In this document: one piece after another, positions 45,660 to 54,605 of the stretch
Position numbering within the stretch: the first letter of the stretch is position 1
Layout of the letters: each line of letters starts with the position of its first letter
DNA from: Verrucomicrobiota bacterium
Lineage (GTDB): Bacteria > Verrucomicrobiota > Verrucomicrobiia > Verrucomicrobiales > DEV007
DNA: 64,000 nucleotides
Assembly: GCA_030625775.1 (NCBI GenBank)
Contig: DAOUQC010000014.1
Coordinates: 7,907-71,906, forward strand
Direction: 5' to 3'
Position numbers and translations under genes: made by a program
The notes under the pieces: generated by a model
What the model was told of the DNA's origin: nothing
Database searches by the model: none
What the model saw: only the letters and a program-made list of their open reading frames with translations

Positions 45660-46055
45660 CTACATCTTTTGGCGTTCTCCTTTGACATAACGGATAACAT
45701 CGACGGTATCGATGATGAGGGAGAGCAGATTGGTCAGAGTGACGAAGCGTAACCATAAGCCGAGAGGGGACTGGGAAGGGTAATCTGGCCAGAGGGAGAA
45801 TAGATAGAAGCATAGCGGGATCCACAGAATATGGCCAAGACCCAGGATGCGGGAAAACCCAAAACGGTCGGTGAGCATCATCATCAGTGCCATGCTCAAA
45901 ATCATAGTGATCAGGACAACTTGAGCGGCTTGATGCTGAAACATCAAGGCAGGTATGATGAGGTTGAGGATCACCATGAATAAGAGCCATACTCTAACTG
46001 CAGGGCTGGATTGGATCAGGCCTTTGTTGAATGTAATAAAAGCTTTCATACACAT
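45660..46055 (-). CDS. Hypothetical four-helix membrane protein
   Basis: ATGs at 46055 and 46049. The sequence is hydrophobic throughout (VWLLFMVILNLIIPALMF, VVLITMILSMALMMML, LGLGHILWIPLCFYLFSL, WLRFVTLTNLLSLII). The longer track ORF N-terminus looks non-coding. Confidence 0.5.
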   Translation of the reverse strand: MCMKAFITFNKGLIQSSPAVRVWLLFMVILNLIIPALMFQHQAAQVVLITMILSMALMMMLTDRFGFSRILGLGHILWIPLCFYLFSLWPDYPSQSPLGLWLRFVTLTNLLSLIIDTVDVIRYVKGERQKM

Positions 46056-46516
46056 GATTGAGACGCCGGTTTTGTGCTGAGCTTGCAAAAATGTGATTTG
46101 CTGGGCAAAAGGAGGGGCCTTGTTCCTTGACTGGCTAAATCGCAAATGATAAGCCATCGGGGGGTGAGTATTCTGAAACATATGACTTTGCTGTTGTTGA
46201 CAATTGTCGGCTTGCCGGCATGGAAAGCGCCATGCGCAACCAATTGATTTTTAATTCCAGGTTTATGAACTGGATGTGAAAACGGCTGATGCTTTACATG
46301 CAAGGCTTATTGCCGGAGGCGATTCTGCACTACAGGTGGTGGCCAAGCTGCCGGATTTTGTGAAACAGCAGGAGAGTATGTCTGGAGGCTGAATTGAGTT
46401 TCCAACCTTGGAAATCCCATTGCTAAAGCCGACAGCTGGAATATGACAGTGGTTTGTCGCCTGTGTGAAATTCACTGACCTGTTTGAGCCCCTGAGAGCC
46501 AGTTAAGGGCAATGGA

Positions 46517-47299
46517 CTATGTTTGTTTTCTGGTAAAAACCCAATCGTTGTCCTGGCTGAGTTTTTTATTGAAGCCATAACCCGCAGTATCGAAAGATTG
46601 CAGGGATTCGGGCTCGTTAAGAGCTTGGAGGATGAGGTAATCGACCATCATGCCACGGGCCTTTTTGCCGTAAAAAGTGATGAATTTGTAGACACCGTTT
46701 TTCCAGTCTTTGAACTGTGGGGTGATGATGCGGATACCGGCGGCTTCGATGGCAGCGGTATCGATGGCGGTGAAATATTCTTTCGATGCGAGATTGATCA
46801 GAGTGTCTTCTTTGGTGCTTTTTATCGCGGCAATGAGAGATTGGGTCACTAGATCCTTCCAGAATGAGTAGAGATCGTCGCCATGGGAATTTTTCAGTGA
46901 GGTTCCCATTTCCAGGCGGTAGGCCTGGATCAGGTCGAGCGGGCGTAGCAAACCATATAGGCCGGAAAGGATTCGCAGATGCTTTTGGGCATATTTGAAA
47001 TCACGACTGGTGTATTGATCCAGAGTGAAGCCGTTGTAAACTTCTCCCTTGAATGTGAGCAGAGCGGGGCGGGCATTGTCTTCAGAAAAAGGACGGGACC
47101 AGGATTGGTAGCGTTCGTGATTAAGGGCCGCCAATTTAGGACTGATTTTCATCAGGGCTTCGAGTTGTGGCTCGGAAAAATGACGCAGCTGATCAATCAG
47201 CTCAGCTGACTGATCCAGGAAATCAGGCTGGCTGGGGTTGATCGCTGGAGTCCGGCTTTCGAGATCCAGCGTTTTTGCAGGTGAAATGATGGCAAGCAT
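46517..47299 (-). CDS. yaaA: Peroxide stress protein YaaA (UPF0246/DUF328)
   Basis: The ATG at 47299 gives MLAIISPAKTLD, the canonical YaaA N-terminus. About 260 aa. Confidence 0.9.
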   Translation of the reverse strand: MLAIISPAKTLDLESRTPAINPSQPDFLDQSAELIDQLRHFSEPQLEALMKISPKLAALNHERYQSWSRPFSEDNARPALLTFKGEVYNGFTLDQYTSRDFKYAQKHLRILSGLYGLLRPLDLIQAYRLEMGTSLKNSHGDDLYSFWKDLVTQSLIAAIKSTKEDTLINLASKEYFTAIDTAAIEAAGIRIITPQFKDWKNGVYKFITFYGKKARGMMVDYLILQALNEPESLQSFDTAGYGFNKKLSQDNDWVFTRKQT

Positions 47300-47386
47300 G
47301 TGATGACTATAGAACACATTGTCGAAGTCTCTTCAAAAAGCTGTGGGGCTTTGGAATTTAGTAATAAAGGGAGCCTATCTTTCTAA

Positions 47387-47548
47387 TTATTCGAAGTGGT
47401 CGCGATTGATTTTCCATCCCAGGTAAAAACCGTAAACGCTGCCAACAAAACTAAGGATTAAGGCCCAGGCGAGACCAAAAAAATCCCCAATCCACCAACC
47501 GACGGCACTGCCCACACTAGAGACGATCAAGATAAAAATCGCACTCAT
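47387..47548 (-). CDS. Small (53 aa) two-helix membrane protein, not in ORF track
   Basis: From ATG at 47548 to TAA at 47387-47389: MSAIFILIVSSVGSAVGWWIGDFFGLAWALILSFVGSVYGFYLGWKINRDHFE. It has Gly-zipper-like spacing and fills the gap between DUF1501 and yaaA on the same strand. Confidence 0.45.
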   Translation of the reverse strand: MSAIFILIVSSVGSAVGWWIGDFFGLAWALILSFVGSVYGFYLGWKINRDHFE

Positions 47549-47599
47549 GGAAACTGATGTGATGTTCTATTCAGCTTTGCCGGAAGGGTCGGGTTTATT

Positions 47600-49093
47600 T
47601 CAGGCCAGCAGCTCGGGAATGACATGAGCTTCACCCCGAGCGACACTGGTGAGTCTCATTGGAGCACCTTGATAGGGGTAGGTGAGTTGGTTGTGGTCCA
47701 TCCCGAACTGGTGCAGGAGGGTGGCTTGAAAATCATTGATGGGGACAGGATTCTCAGCAACGTCCCAGCCTATTTCATCGGTTTCCCCATAGCTGAGTCC
47801 TCCTTTGGCTCCGCCCCCGGCCATCCAGGTGCAGAATGATTTGGGATGGTGGTCCCGGCCAGTCACCTTGGTGCTGCCATTGCGGTTCTCTCCCAAGGGA
47901 GTCCGTCCAAATTCTCCACTCCAGACTACTAGCGTGTCGTCAAGCATCCCGCGGTCTTTGAGATCTTTGATGAGGGCGGCGATAGGTTGGTCTGCCATGC
48001 CGGCATTGAAGGCTAAACCCTCTTCCAGGCCTGAATGATGATCCCATGAGGCGTGGATGATATTGATAAAACGCACCCCGCGTTCGACCATGCGTCGGGC
48101 GAGTAGGCAGTTGCGTCCAAAAGTTTTATATTGGCCTGGTCCACCGCCCCGGGTGGCTTTGACCTTAAGATCCTTGCGGTCAACTCCGTAGGCGTCCAGA
48201 GTGGCTTTGCTTTCGCCGGAAAGGTCAGTCAGTTCCGGGGCTGCTGATTGCATGCGGAAGGCCAGTTCATAGTTGGCAATGCGGCTGGTGATTTCTGGAT
48301 CGTGGACTTGACTGAAGCGTTCATGATTGAGTTTGGCCAGCGCATCCAGTCCTTTGCGTTGGAGTTCAACGGGCATGCCTTTTGGATTGGAAAGGTTGAG
48401 GATAGGTTCGCCTTCGCTGCGTAATCTCACTCCGGCATAAACCGAGGGCAGGTAACCGCTTTGCCACAAAGTGGCGCCTCCGCTGGATCCTCTGCCTGCA
48501 GTGAGGACAACATAAGAGGGGAGGTTCTGATTCTCGGTTCCAAGTCCATAAGAGAGCCAGGATCCCATCGAAGGTAAGCCGAATTTGGGTTCACCTGTTT
48601 GCATCAACAGTTGACCCGGGTGGTGGTTGAACTGATCGGTTTGCATGGTTTTGATCATGCAGATGTCATCAGCGCAACTGGCGATATTGGGCAGCAAATC
48701 ACTGAACCACATGCCGCTTTCGCCGTGCTGTTTGAAAGTGCGTTTGGTACCCAGCAGCCGGGCGGTTTCTTTTTGAATGAATGCAAAACGCATATCTTTC
48801 AAGAGGGACTCGGGCATCTTCTGTCCGTCCAGTTTTTGCAGCGTGGGACGAGGGTTGAACAAGTCCAGGTGGGATGGTGCCCCGGCCATGAAGATGAATA
48901 TACAGCTTTTGGCTTTTGCTGGAAAATGACTGTGTTTGGGAGCGAGTGGATTGGTGGCAAGCTCGCCGGTGGAAGAGAGAGCTGCGTTTGCAGAGCCCGT
49001 CAAAGAGCTGAGGGCGATTCCTCCAAGCCCGCTGGCAGCGGTGGTCAGAAATTCCCGGCGGGTATTTTGAGCGGCTTCAATGAGAGGATTCAT
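47600..49093 (-). CDS. DUF1501 (sulfatase-like) protein with Tat signal
   Basis: Twin-arginine signal TRREFLTTAASGLGGIAL. About 500 aa and paired with the upstream PSCyt/PSD gene, as is usual in PVC genomes. Confidence 0.9.
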   Translation of the reverse strand: MNPLIEAAQNTRREFLTTAASGLGGIALSSLTGSANAALSSTGELATNPLAPKHSHFPAKAKSCIFIFMAGAPSHLDLFNPRPTLQKLDGQKMPESLLKDMRFAFIQKETARLLGTKRTFKQHGESGMWFSDLLPNIASCADDICMIKTMQTDQFNHHPGQLLMQTGEPKFGLPSMGSWLSYGLGTENQNLPSYVVLTAGRGSSGGATLWQSGYLPSVYAGVRLRSEGEPILNLSNPKGMPVELQRKGLDALAKLNHERFSQVHDPEITSRIANYELAFRMQSAAPELTDLSGESKATLDAYGVDRKDLKVKATRGGGPGQYKTFGRNCLLARRMVERGVRFINIIHASWDHHSGLEEGLAFNAGMADQPIAALIKDLKDRGMLDDTLVVWSGEFGRTPLGENRNGSTKVTGRDHHPKSFCTWMAGGGAKGGLSYGETDEIGWDVAENPVPINDFQATLLHQFGMDHNQLTYPYQGAPMRLTSVARGEAHVIPELLA

Positions 49094-49128
49094 GGGGCAG
49101 GTAGGTAGAAGGCGAAAGGGAGGGGTGA

Positions 49129-51522
49129 CTAGCTTCGGGTAATGAACTCGTCGGTGTTGAGGATGATTCGGGTGGTGGCGATCCAGGCGGCGAGTTGTTC
49201 CTGAGTTACGTTTTCGGCTTTGGAATCACCGATTAATTCAAGTGCACTTTTGGGATTGGCTTTATACCAATCACGGGATTGATTGAGCAGTTGCAGCAGC
49301 ACTTGTATTTCTGAAGAACTTGCAGGGCGACCCATGGTAGTGAGGAAGGCCTTGTTCAGGCGAGCTTCTTCATTGGGGAGTTTTTCTGTGAGCAGTTTTT
49401 TGGCCATCTCTCTGGCGACCCCAAAAAACACTTCGTTCTGCAGGGTGGCCAGTGCCTGTAAAGGGGTGTTGGAACTGTTTCGCGATTGATTGCTCACGGC
49501 GGCATCCGGACAATCGAATAATACCAGGTTGGGGTCGGGTGCGGTGCGTTTGTAAAAAGTGTACATGCCTCGGCGGTAGAGGTCTTCACCTTTGGAAACT
49601 TTCCATTTGAAATTGTTTGCGTAACTGAGCGCCGCGACATCGGCGGGAATGGGGGGGAAAACACTGGGCCCCCCGACTTTGGGGCTGAGCAGTCCAGCAG
49701 CTTGCAGGTAGAGGTCGCGAATGATTTCCGCTTCCACGCGAAAACGGTTCTGGCGGGCAAGCAAGCGATTGGCTGGATCGATCTCGGTCAGTTCACTGCG
49801 ATAGTTGGATGACTGGCGATAGGTGGAGGACAGGACAATTTCACGAATTATTTTTTTGCGGCTCCACTTCGCATCATTGATAAAATAATAAGCCAACCAG
49901 TCGAGCAACTCGGCATGGCTGGGAACTTCACCCGCAGCACCAAAATCCTGGGGTTGGGTGGAGAGGGCGTTGCCAAACAAATGTTGCCAGATCTTGTTGA
50001 CGGTCACCCGTGAGGTCATGGGATGGTCGGGGCTGACGATCCAGTTTGCCAGATCAAGGCGGTCAGGGGAAAGTGCCTTGGCTTTCACTTTTTTCTTTTT
50101 TTGATCTTCGCTGAGTTTTTCGAACCGGGGGCGGGGTTTCATTGCTGGCCAGGTGGCCGAAGTGGCGGGTTGCAGTTTGCCCAGTTTTTTGTCAGGAGTC
50201 AGGAAGTTGCCGCGGGTGAAGAGGTAAGTGTCGCGGCGTTTGTCTTGACGTTCGCTTAAGACACGGGTGATGCCACGGGCATTGTCAGTGCCGCGCAGTT
50301 TGCTTAAAGCTCCTTGCAGTTTGGTAGCCAGATTTTTATCGGTGACTTGCCTGTCGAGCAGGTCTTTGGTGGTTTTCCATTCTTCGTAACGTTCGATGAT
50401 TTTTTTCTCGGCATCATTGGGGAACTCGTCGACGTATATGGCATCAAAGTCAGCGTTATCGAAAAAAGCGTAGAGTTGATAAAATTCCTTCTGGGTAAAA
50501 GAGTCGTATGGGTGATCGTGGCATTGGGTGCAAGCAACGGATGCACCCAGCCAAACAGAGCCAATGGTGTTGATGCGATCAATCACGCGTTTAGTGCGAT
50601 CTTCCTCGGCGTCGACCCCGCCTTCCAGATTGAATTGGGTCATGAGGTGGAAAGCGGTGGCTAACCGGTCTTGACGACTTGCATTGGGTAGCAGGTCACC
50701 TGCGATTTGTTTGAGGGTGAACTGGTCAAAGGGCATGTCGGTGTTGATGGATTTGATCACCCAGTCACGCCAGCGATAGGCATCAGCCCGGGTGCTGTCT
50801 TTTTCATAGCCACTTGAATCGGCATATCGGGCTTCGTCCAGCCAGTGACGTGCCCAGCGTTCGCCGAAATGTTGGGATTTGAGCAAGCGGTCGACGACTT
50901 TCTGATAGGCGTCGGGGGAGCTGTCCTCGACAAATGTCTGAACCTCTGCAGGGGTGGGCAGGAGGCCTGTCAGATCGAGACTCAAACGGCGAATCAGAGT
51001 AGGGCGGTCAGCTTCGGGGGAGGGTTTTATTTTTTTGAATTCCAAACGAGCCAGAACAAAATTATCGATGGCATTTTTTGGCCATTTTTTCTCTTTGACG
51101 TTTGGGCTGGCTGGTTTTCTGATGGGTTCCAGTGACCATTGCTGGGGCCATTTGGCACCTTCCTGGATCCATTGATTGAAGATGGCTATTTGCTCTTTAC
51201 TCAGGGCTTCCTTGGGAGGCATGCGCTCATCTTCATCGGTTGATTTGATGCGGTGAATCAGTTGGCTTTTGGCGACATCTCCTTCGACGATAGCAAAATC
51301 TCCAGATTTAGCTTTGGCAAAAGCGCTGTTGCGATTGAGGAAGCTGAGGCCTCCTTTTTTCTTAACGCCACCATGGCACTCGGCACAGTGTTCACGGAGA
51401 AGAGGTTGGATTTGACGGGGAAAATCGACAGTTTTTTTCCTGGAAGCTGGTGCGGAATAAAGCTGTGCCAAGGTGAGGGGCAGCAGCAGGACGAAAAAAA
51501 TTTTAGTGAGGGTATGAATCAT
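49129..51522 (-). CDS. Planctomycete cytochrome c (PSCyt) / DUF1549 / DUF1553 (PSD1) protein
   Basis: N-terminal CAECHGG heme motif, a second CTQCHDHPYD motif, and about 800 aa of characteristic architecture. Confidence 0.9.
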   Translation of the reverse strand: MIHTLTKIFFVLLLPLTLAQLYSAPASRKKTVDFPRQIQPLLREHCAECHGGVKKKGGLSFLNRNSAFAKAKSGDFAIVEGDVAKSQLIHRIKSTDEDERMPPKEALSKEQIAIFNQWIQEGAKWPQQWSLEPIRKPASPNVKEKKWPKNAIDNFVLARLEFKKIKPSPEADRPTLIRRLSLDLTGLLPTPAEVQTFVEDSSPDAYQKVVDRLLKSQHFGERWARHWLDEARYADSSGYEKDSTRADAYRWRDWVIKSINTDMPFDQFTLKQIAGDLLPNASRQDRLATAFHLMTQFNLEGGVDAEEDRTKRVIDRINTIGSVWLGASVACTQCHDHPYDSFTQKEFYQLYAFFDNADFDAIYVDEFPNDAEKKIIERYEEWKTTKDLLDRQVTDKNLATKLQGALSKLRGTDNARGITRVLSERQDKRRDTYLFTRGNFLTPDKKLGKLQPATSATWPAMKPRPRFEKLSEDQKKKKVKAKALSPDRLDLANWIVSPDHPMTSRVTVNKIWQHLFGNALSTQPQDFGAAGEVPSHAELLDWLAYYFINDAKWSRKKIIREIVLSSTYRQSSNYRSELTEIDPANRLLARQNRFRVEAEIIRDLYLQAAGLLSPKVGGPSVFPPIPADVAALSYANNFKWKVSKGEDLYRRGMYTFYKRTAPDPNLVLFDCPDAAVSNQSRNSSNTPLQALATLQNEVFFGVAREMAKKLLTEKLPNEEARLNKAFLTTMGRPASSSEIQVLLQLLNQSRDWYKANPKSALELIGDSKAENVTQEQLAAWIATTRIILNTDEFITRS

Positions 51523-51760
51523 CGCCTTGGGGGTTGGAAATGGAAGGTAGGAATTTCAAGACTGAATCCGTATCCAAGTCAATATAGGCCAGACGCCCTG
51601 TTTCTCAAGTGGACGATAGGAACATCTCTCATGGAGATTTTTCCGATCATGAAAGGTCTTGTTTTATGAAGGGGCATGAATAGCTCATTGCCCATCAGAG
51701 AAACAATTTTTGTAACTATTCAGGTCTGTGGATTCCTTAGTGTTGGGAGTTGCAATATGC

Positions 51761-51822
51761 AGCGTCGGCTTTAGCCGATGACGATTGTTCAATGGCACAT
51801 GTAGTCGGCTAAAGCTGACGCT
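51761..51822. repeat. 17/18 inverted repeat with 26-nt spacer; arms self-complementary
   Basis: AGCGTCGGCTTTAGCCGA (51761-51778) and TCGGCTAAAGCTGACGCT (51805-51822). Each arm contains TCGGCT..AGCCGA/AGCTGA. It lies about 55 nt downstream of the formate dehydrogenase stop and has no U-tract. Confidence 0.85.
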
Positions 51823-51878
51823 ACAAAGATGAGCTCAATAACAACCTGAATAGTTACCAGTTTTTTAGTTGCGAGGGT

Positions 51879-54593
51879 TTACACTTTCTCCACGTCAACC
51901 GAAGTGACTTTATATTCGGGGCACATGGTATCACCGTCGTGGACATCAGAGGTGATATTGTTCACCATGTGTTCGGGAAAATGAAAAGTGGTGAAGAGGA
52001 TGCCGGGTTTGACTTCTTCACTGACTTCAGCTTCGAGGGTGACTTCACCACGGGCAGAGAAAATACGCAGGTGGTCTCCGCTGCAGATTTTTTTCACCTC
52101 GGCATCGACGGGATTGATTGTCAGAACATCCTTACTGACGATTTCACTGTTGCGGGTTCGGCGGGTCATAGTTCCGCAATTGTAATGTTCCAGCAGGCGT
52201 CCGGTGGTGAGGATGAAGGGGAACTGCTCACGGTTGTCCTCGATCTCAGAAGATTCCTTGAACTCGATGAAATGAAATTTGCCCAAGCCTCGTTTGAAGG
52301 ATTCGGTGTGGAGAATGGTGGTGCTTTCGCAGCCTTCCTGGATCGGCCATTGTTTGCCATTGTCACCCAGTCCCTCCCAAGTGGCACCTGCGAAAAAGGG
52401 GACGATGCCTGCGACTTCGGCGAGAGTTCCTTCGGGTGTGCAGGCCGATTGTTCGTAGCCCATTCGATTCATGATTTCGACCATGATCTGGCCGTCGGGT
52501 TTGGTGCCTTCGAGAGGCTCGACTGCTGCGTTGACCCGTTGGATCCGGCGTTCTCCATTGGTGAAGGTGCCGGATTTTTCCAAAAAGGAAGAAGCGGGCA
52601 AAATCACGTTGGCGTATTGGGCGGTCTCGGTCATGAAAATTTCCTGTACTACCAGAAAGTCGAGATTCGCCATCGCCGCCCGGACGGCCTCCGAGTTGGG
52701 GTCAGTTTGCACGACGTCTTCACCCATCAGCCAAAGGGATTTCAAATCACCGTTGCGGGCAGCTTCAAACATTTCCGGGATTTTGTATCCGATTTCCCCG
52801 GAAACTTTAGCACCGTAGTATTCTTCATAGTGAGCCTGTATTTTGGGATCGGTGACATCGAGATAACCCGCGCCCTGGTGGGGTTGAGCACCCATGTCGG
52901 CAGCTCCCTGCACATTGTTTTGTCCACGCAGAGGGTTCACCCCGACCCCTCGCCGTCCGATATTTCCAGTCATCATCGCCAGGTTGGCGATGAGCATAAC
53001 GGTTTTGGCTCCCTGGCTGTGCTCTGTGACACCGAGGCCATGGAAGGACATGGCGCCCTTGGCACTGGCGTATTCAATCGCAGCAGCTTTGACTTCCTGG
53101 CGATCCACACCAGTGAGTTTTTCAATTTCATCGAGGTCGAGGGATTTCAGGCCGGCTTCTAGTTCTTCCCAGTTTTCGCAGCGTCGTTCGACAAAATCCT
53201 GGTCTACCAGCCCGGCTTCAAGAATGTAATAACTGAACATGTTGAGCAGGGCGACATTGGTGCCGGGGCGAAGTTGTAGATGATGTTTGGCGTAGGGAGT
53301 GATCTCGATTTCCCGTGGATCAATGATGATCAGCGGTATGCCCTTCATGGCACGCTGCTTGATTCGGGCTCCGGTGACAGGATGGCCCTGGGTTGGATTG
53401 GCTCCCACGACCAGCATGCATTCGGTCTCGTTGATATCATCGATGGAGTTGGTGGCCGCACCTGTTCCAAAGCTTCGCTGCATGCCTTCGGCGGTGGGTG
53501 AGTGACAAACCCGGGCGCAGCAGTCGATGTTGTTGGTGCCGATGACTGCACGGATGAATTTCTGCATCAAATAATTTTCTTCATTGGTGCACCGGGCTGA
53601 GGAAATACCTGCGATGGCATCGGGTCCGCTGTCTTTGAGGATGCGGTTGAGGTTCTCAGCGATGTGATCATAAGCTTCCTCCCAAGTGGCTTCTACGAGT
53701 TTGCCCTCACGGCGTATGAGAGGGCTTCGCAAGCGATCAGGGTGATTGTAAAAACGAAAGGCGTAGCGTCCCTTGAGGCAAGTATGGGCACCATTGGTCT
53801 CCGCATTTGGTGGGGCCTGAATGGATAATACTTCATTGCCTTTGGTGGCTACTTCCAGATTGCAGCCGACGCCGCAGTAGGTGCAGACCGTGCGGGTGTG
53901 ATTGGTCGCTTCGATGGATTTGGATTGGAAAATGTCGGAAATCGCGGAGGTTGGGCAAGCTTGCGAACAGGCACCACAGGAAACGCAGTCAGAGTCTTCG
54001 AAGCTGGTATCGAAGCCCTTGATGATGCGGCTATCAAAACCACGACCGTGCATGCTAAGCACAAATTGCCCCTGGATTTCATCACAGGCCCGGACGCAGC
54101 GTGAGCAATTGATGCACTTGGATAAATCCGAGGTCATGTAGGGATGGGACAGGTCCTTCTTGCGATCGAGGTGATTGCGGCCCTGGGGGTAACGCACCTC
54201 GCGGATACCGACTTTGGCGGCTACGCTTTGCAGTTCGCAGTTGCCGTTTACTTCACAGGTCAGGCAATCGAGCGGGTGGTCGGTGAGCACCAGTTCGACA
54301 ATATTGCGGCGCAGGTCATTTACTTTTTCCGATTCAGTGAAAATGTGGAGCCCGGGAGTCAGTGGCGTGTGACAAGAGGCGACGGTGCGTCTCGGGCCAT
54401 CGACTTCCAGCGCGACCTCAACGGAACACACGCGGCAAGCTCCGTAAGGTTCGAGTTGGGGGGCGTCACAGAGAGTGGGTACGTGGCCACGTCCTTTGTG
54501 ACGGTCGATGAAATTGAGCAGGGATTCTCCTTCGCCGATCAGGTGAGGAGTTCCGTCGATATAAGCGGTTTTGTCTTTGGCGATCTGGATCAT
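51879..54593 (-). CDS. Formate dehydrogenase catalytic subunit, NuoG-like N-terminus fused to Mo-bisPGD domain (Cys-type)
   Basis: 2Fe-2S region PYGACRVCSVEV, 4Fe-4S CINCSRCVRACDE and CVSCGACSQACP, CTYCGVGC, and an active-site context NNIDCCARVCHSPT with Cys rather than an in-frame TGA. Confidence 0.9.
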   Translation of the reverse strand: MIQIAKDKTAYIDGTPHLIGEGESLLNFIDRHKGRGHVPTLCDAPQLEPYGACRVCSVEVALEVDGPRRTVASCHTPLTPGLHIFTESEKVNDLRRNIVELVLTDHPLDCLTCEVNGNCELQSVAAKVGIREVRYPQGRNHLDRKKDLSHPYMTSDLSKCINCSRCVRACDEIQGQFVLSMHGRGFDSRIIKGFDTSFEDSDCVSCGACSQACPTSAISDIFQSKSIEATNHTRTVCTYCGVGCNLEVATKGNEVLSIQAPPNAETNGAHTCLKGRYAFRFYNHPDRLRSPLIRREGKLVEATWEEAYDHIAENLNRILKDSGPDAIAGISSARCTNEENYLMQKFIRAVIGTNNIDCCARVCHSPTAEGMQRSFGTGAATNSIDDINETECMLVVGANPTQGHPVTGARIKQRAMKGIPLIIIDPREIEITPYAKHHLQLRPGTNVALLNMFSYYILEAGLVDQDFVERRCENWEELEAGLKSLDLDEIEKLTGVDRQEVKAAAIEYASAKGAMSFHGLGVTEHSQGAKTVMLIANLAMMTGNIGRRGVGVNPLRGQNNVQGAADMGAQPHQGAGYLDVTDPKIQAHYEEYYGAKVSGEIGYKIPEMFEAARNGDLKSLWLMGEDVVQTDPNSEAVRAAMANLDFLVVQEIFMTETAQYANVILPASSFLEKSGTFTNGERRIQRVNAAVEPLEGTKPDGQIMVEIMNRMGYEQSACTPEGTLAEVAGIVPFFAGATWEGLGDNGKQWPIQEGCESTTILHTESFKRGLGKFHFIEFKESSEIEDNREQFPFILTTGRLLEHYNCGTMTRRTRNSEIVSKDVLTINPVDAEVKKICSGDHLRIFSARGEVTLEAEVSEEVKPGILFTTFHFPEHMVNNITSDVHDGDTMCPEYKVTSVDVEKV

Positions 54594-54605
54594 GACAGAA
54601 GAAAG

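Noticed and set aside
45523-45990. 155-aa minus-strand ORF
   Set aside because: It is an alternative frame of the four-helix membrane protein gene, with His/Pro/Ser-rich non-protein-like sequence.
51939-53162. 407-aa plus-strand ORF, the longest shadow ORF in the window
   Set aside because: It is antisense to the formate dehydrogenase catalytic subunit, which carries all expected Fe-S and Mo-bisPGD motifs. The shadow ORF is Gly/Asp/Phe-rich with no family features. I considered an overlapping gene, but nothing in the sequence supports one.
51879-54593. Possible selenocysteine (in-frame TGA plus SECIS) in formate dehydrogenase
   Set aside because: The ORF is uninterrupted and the active-site position reads Cys (CARVCHS).
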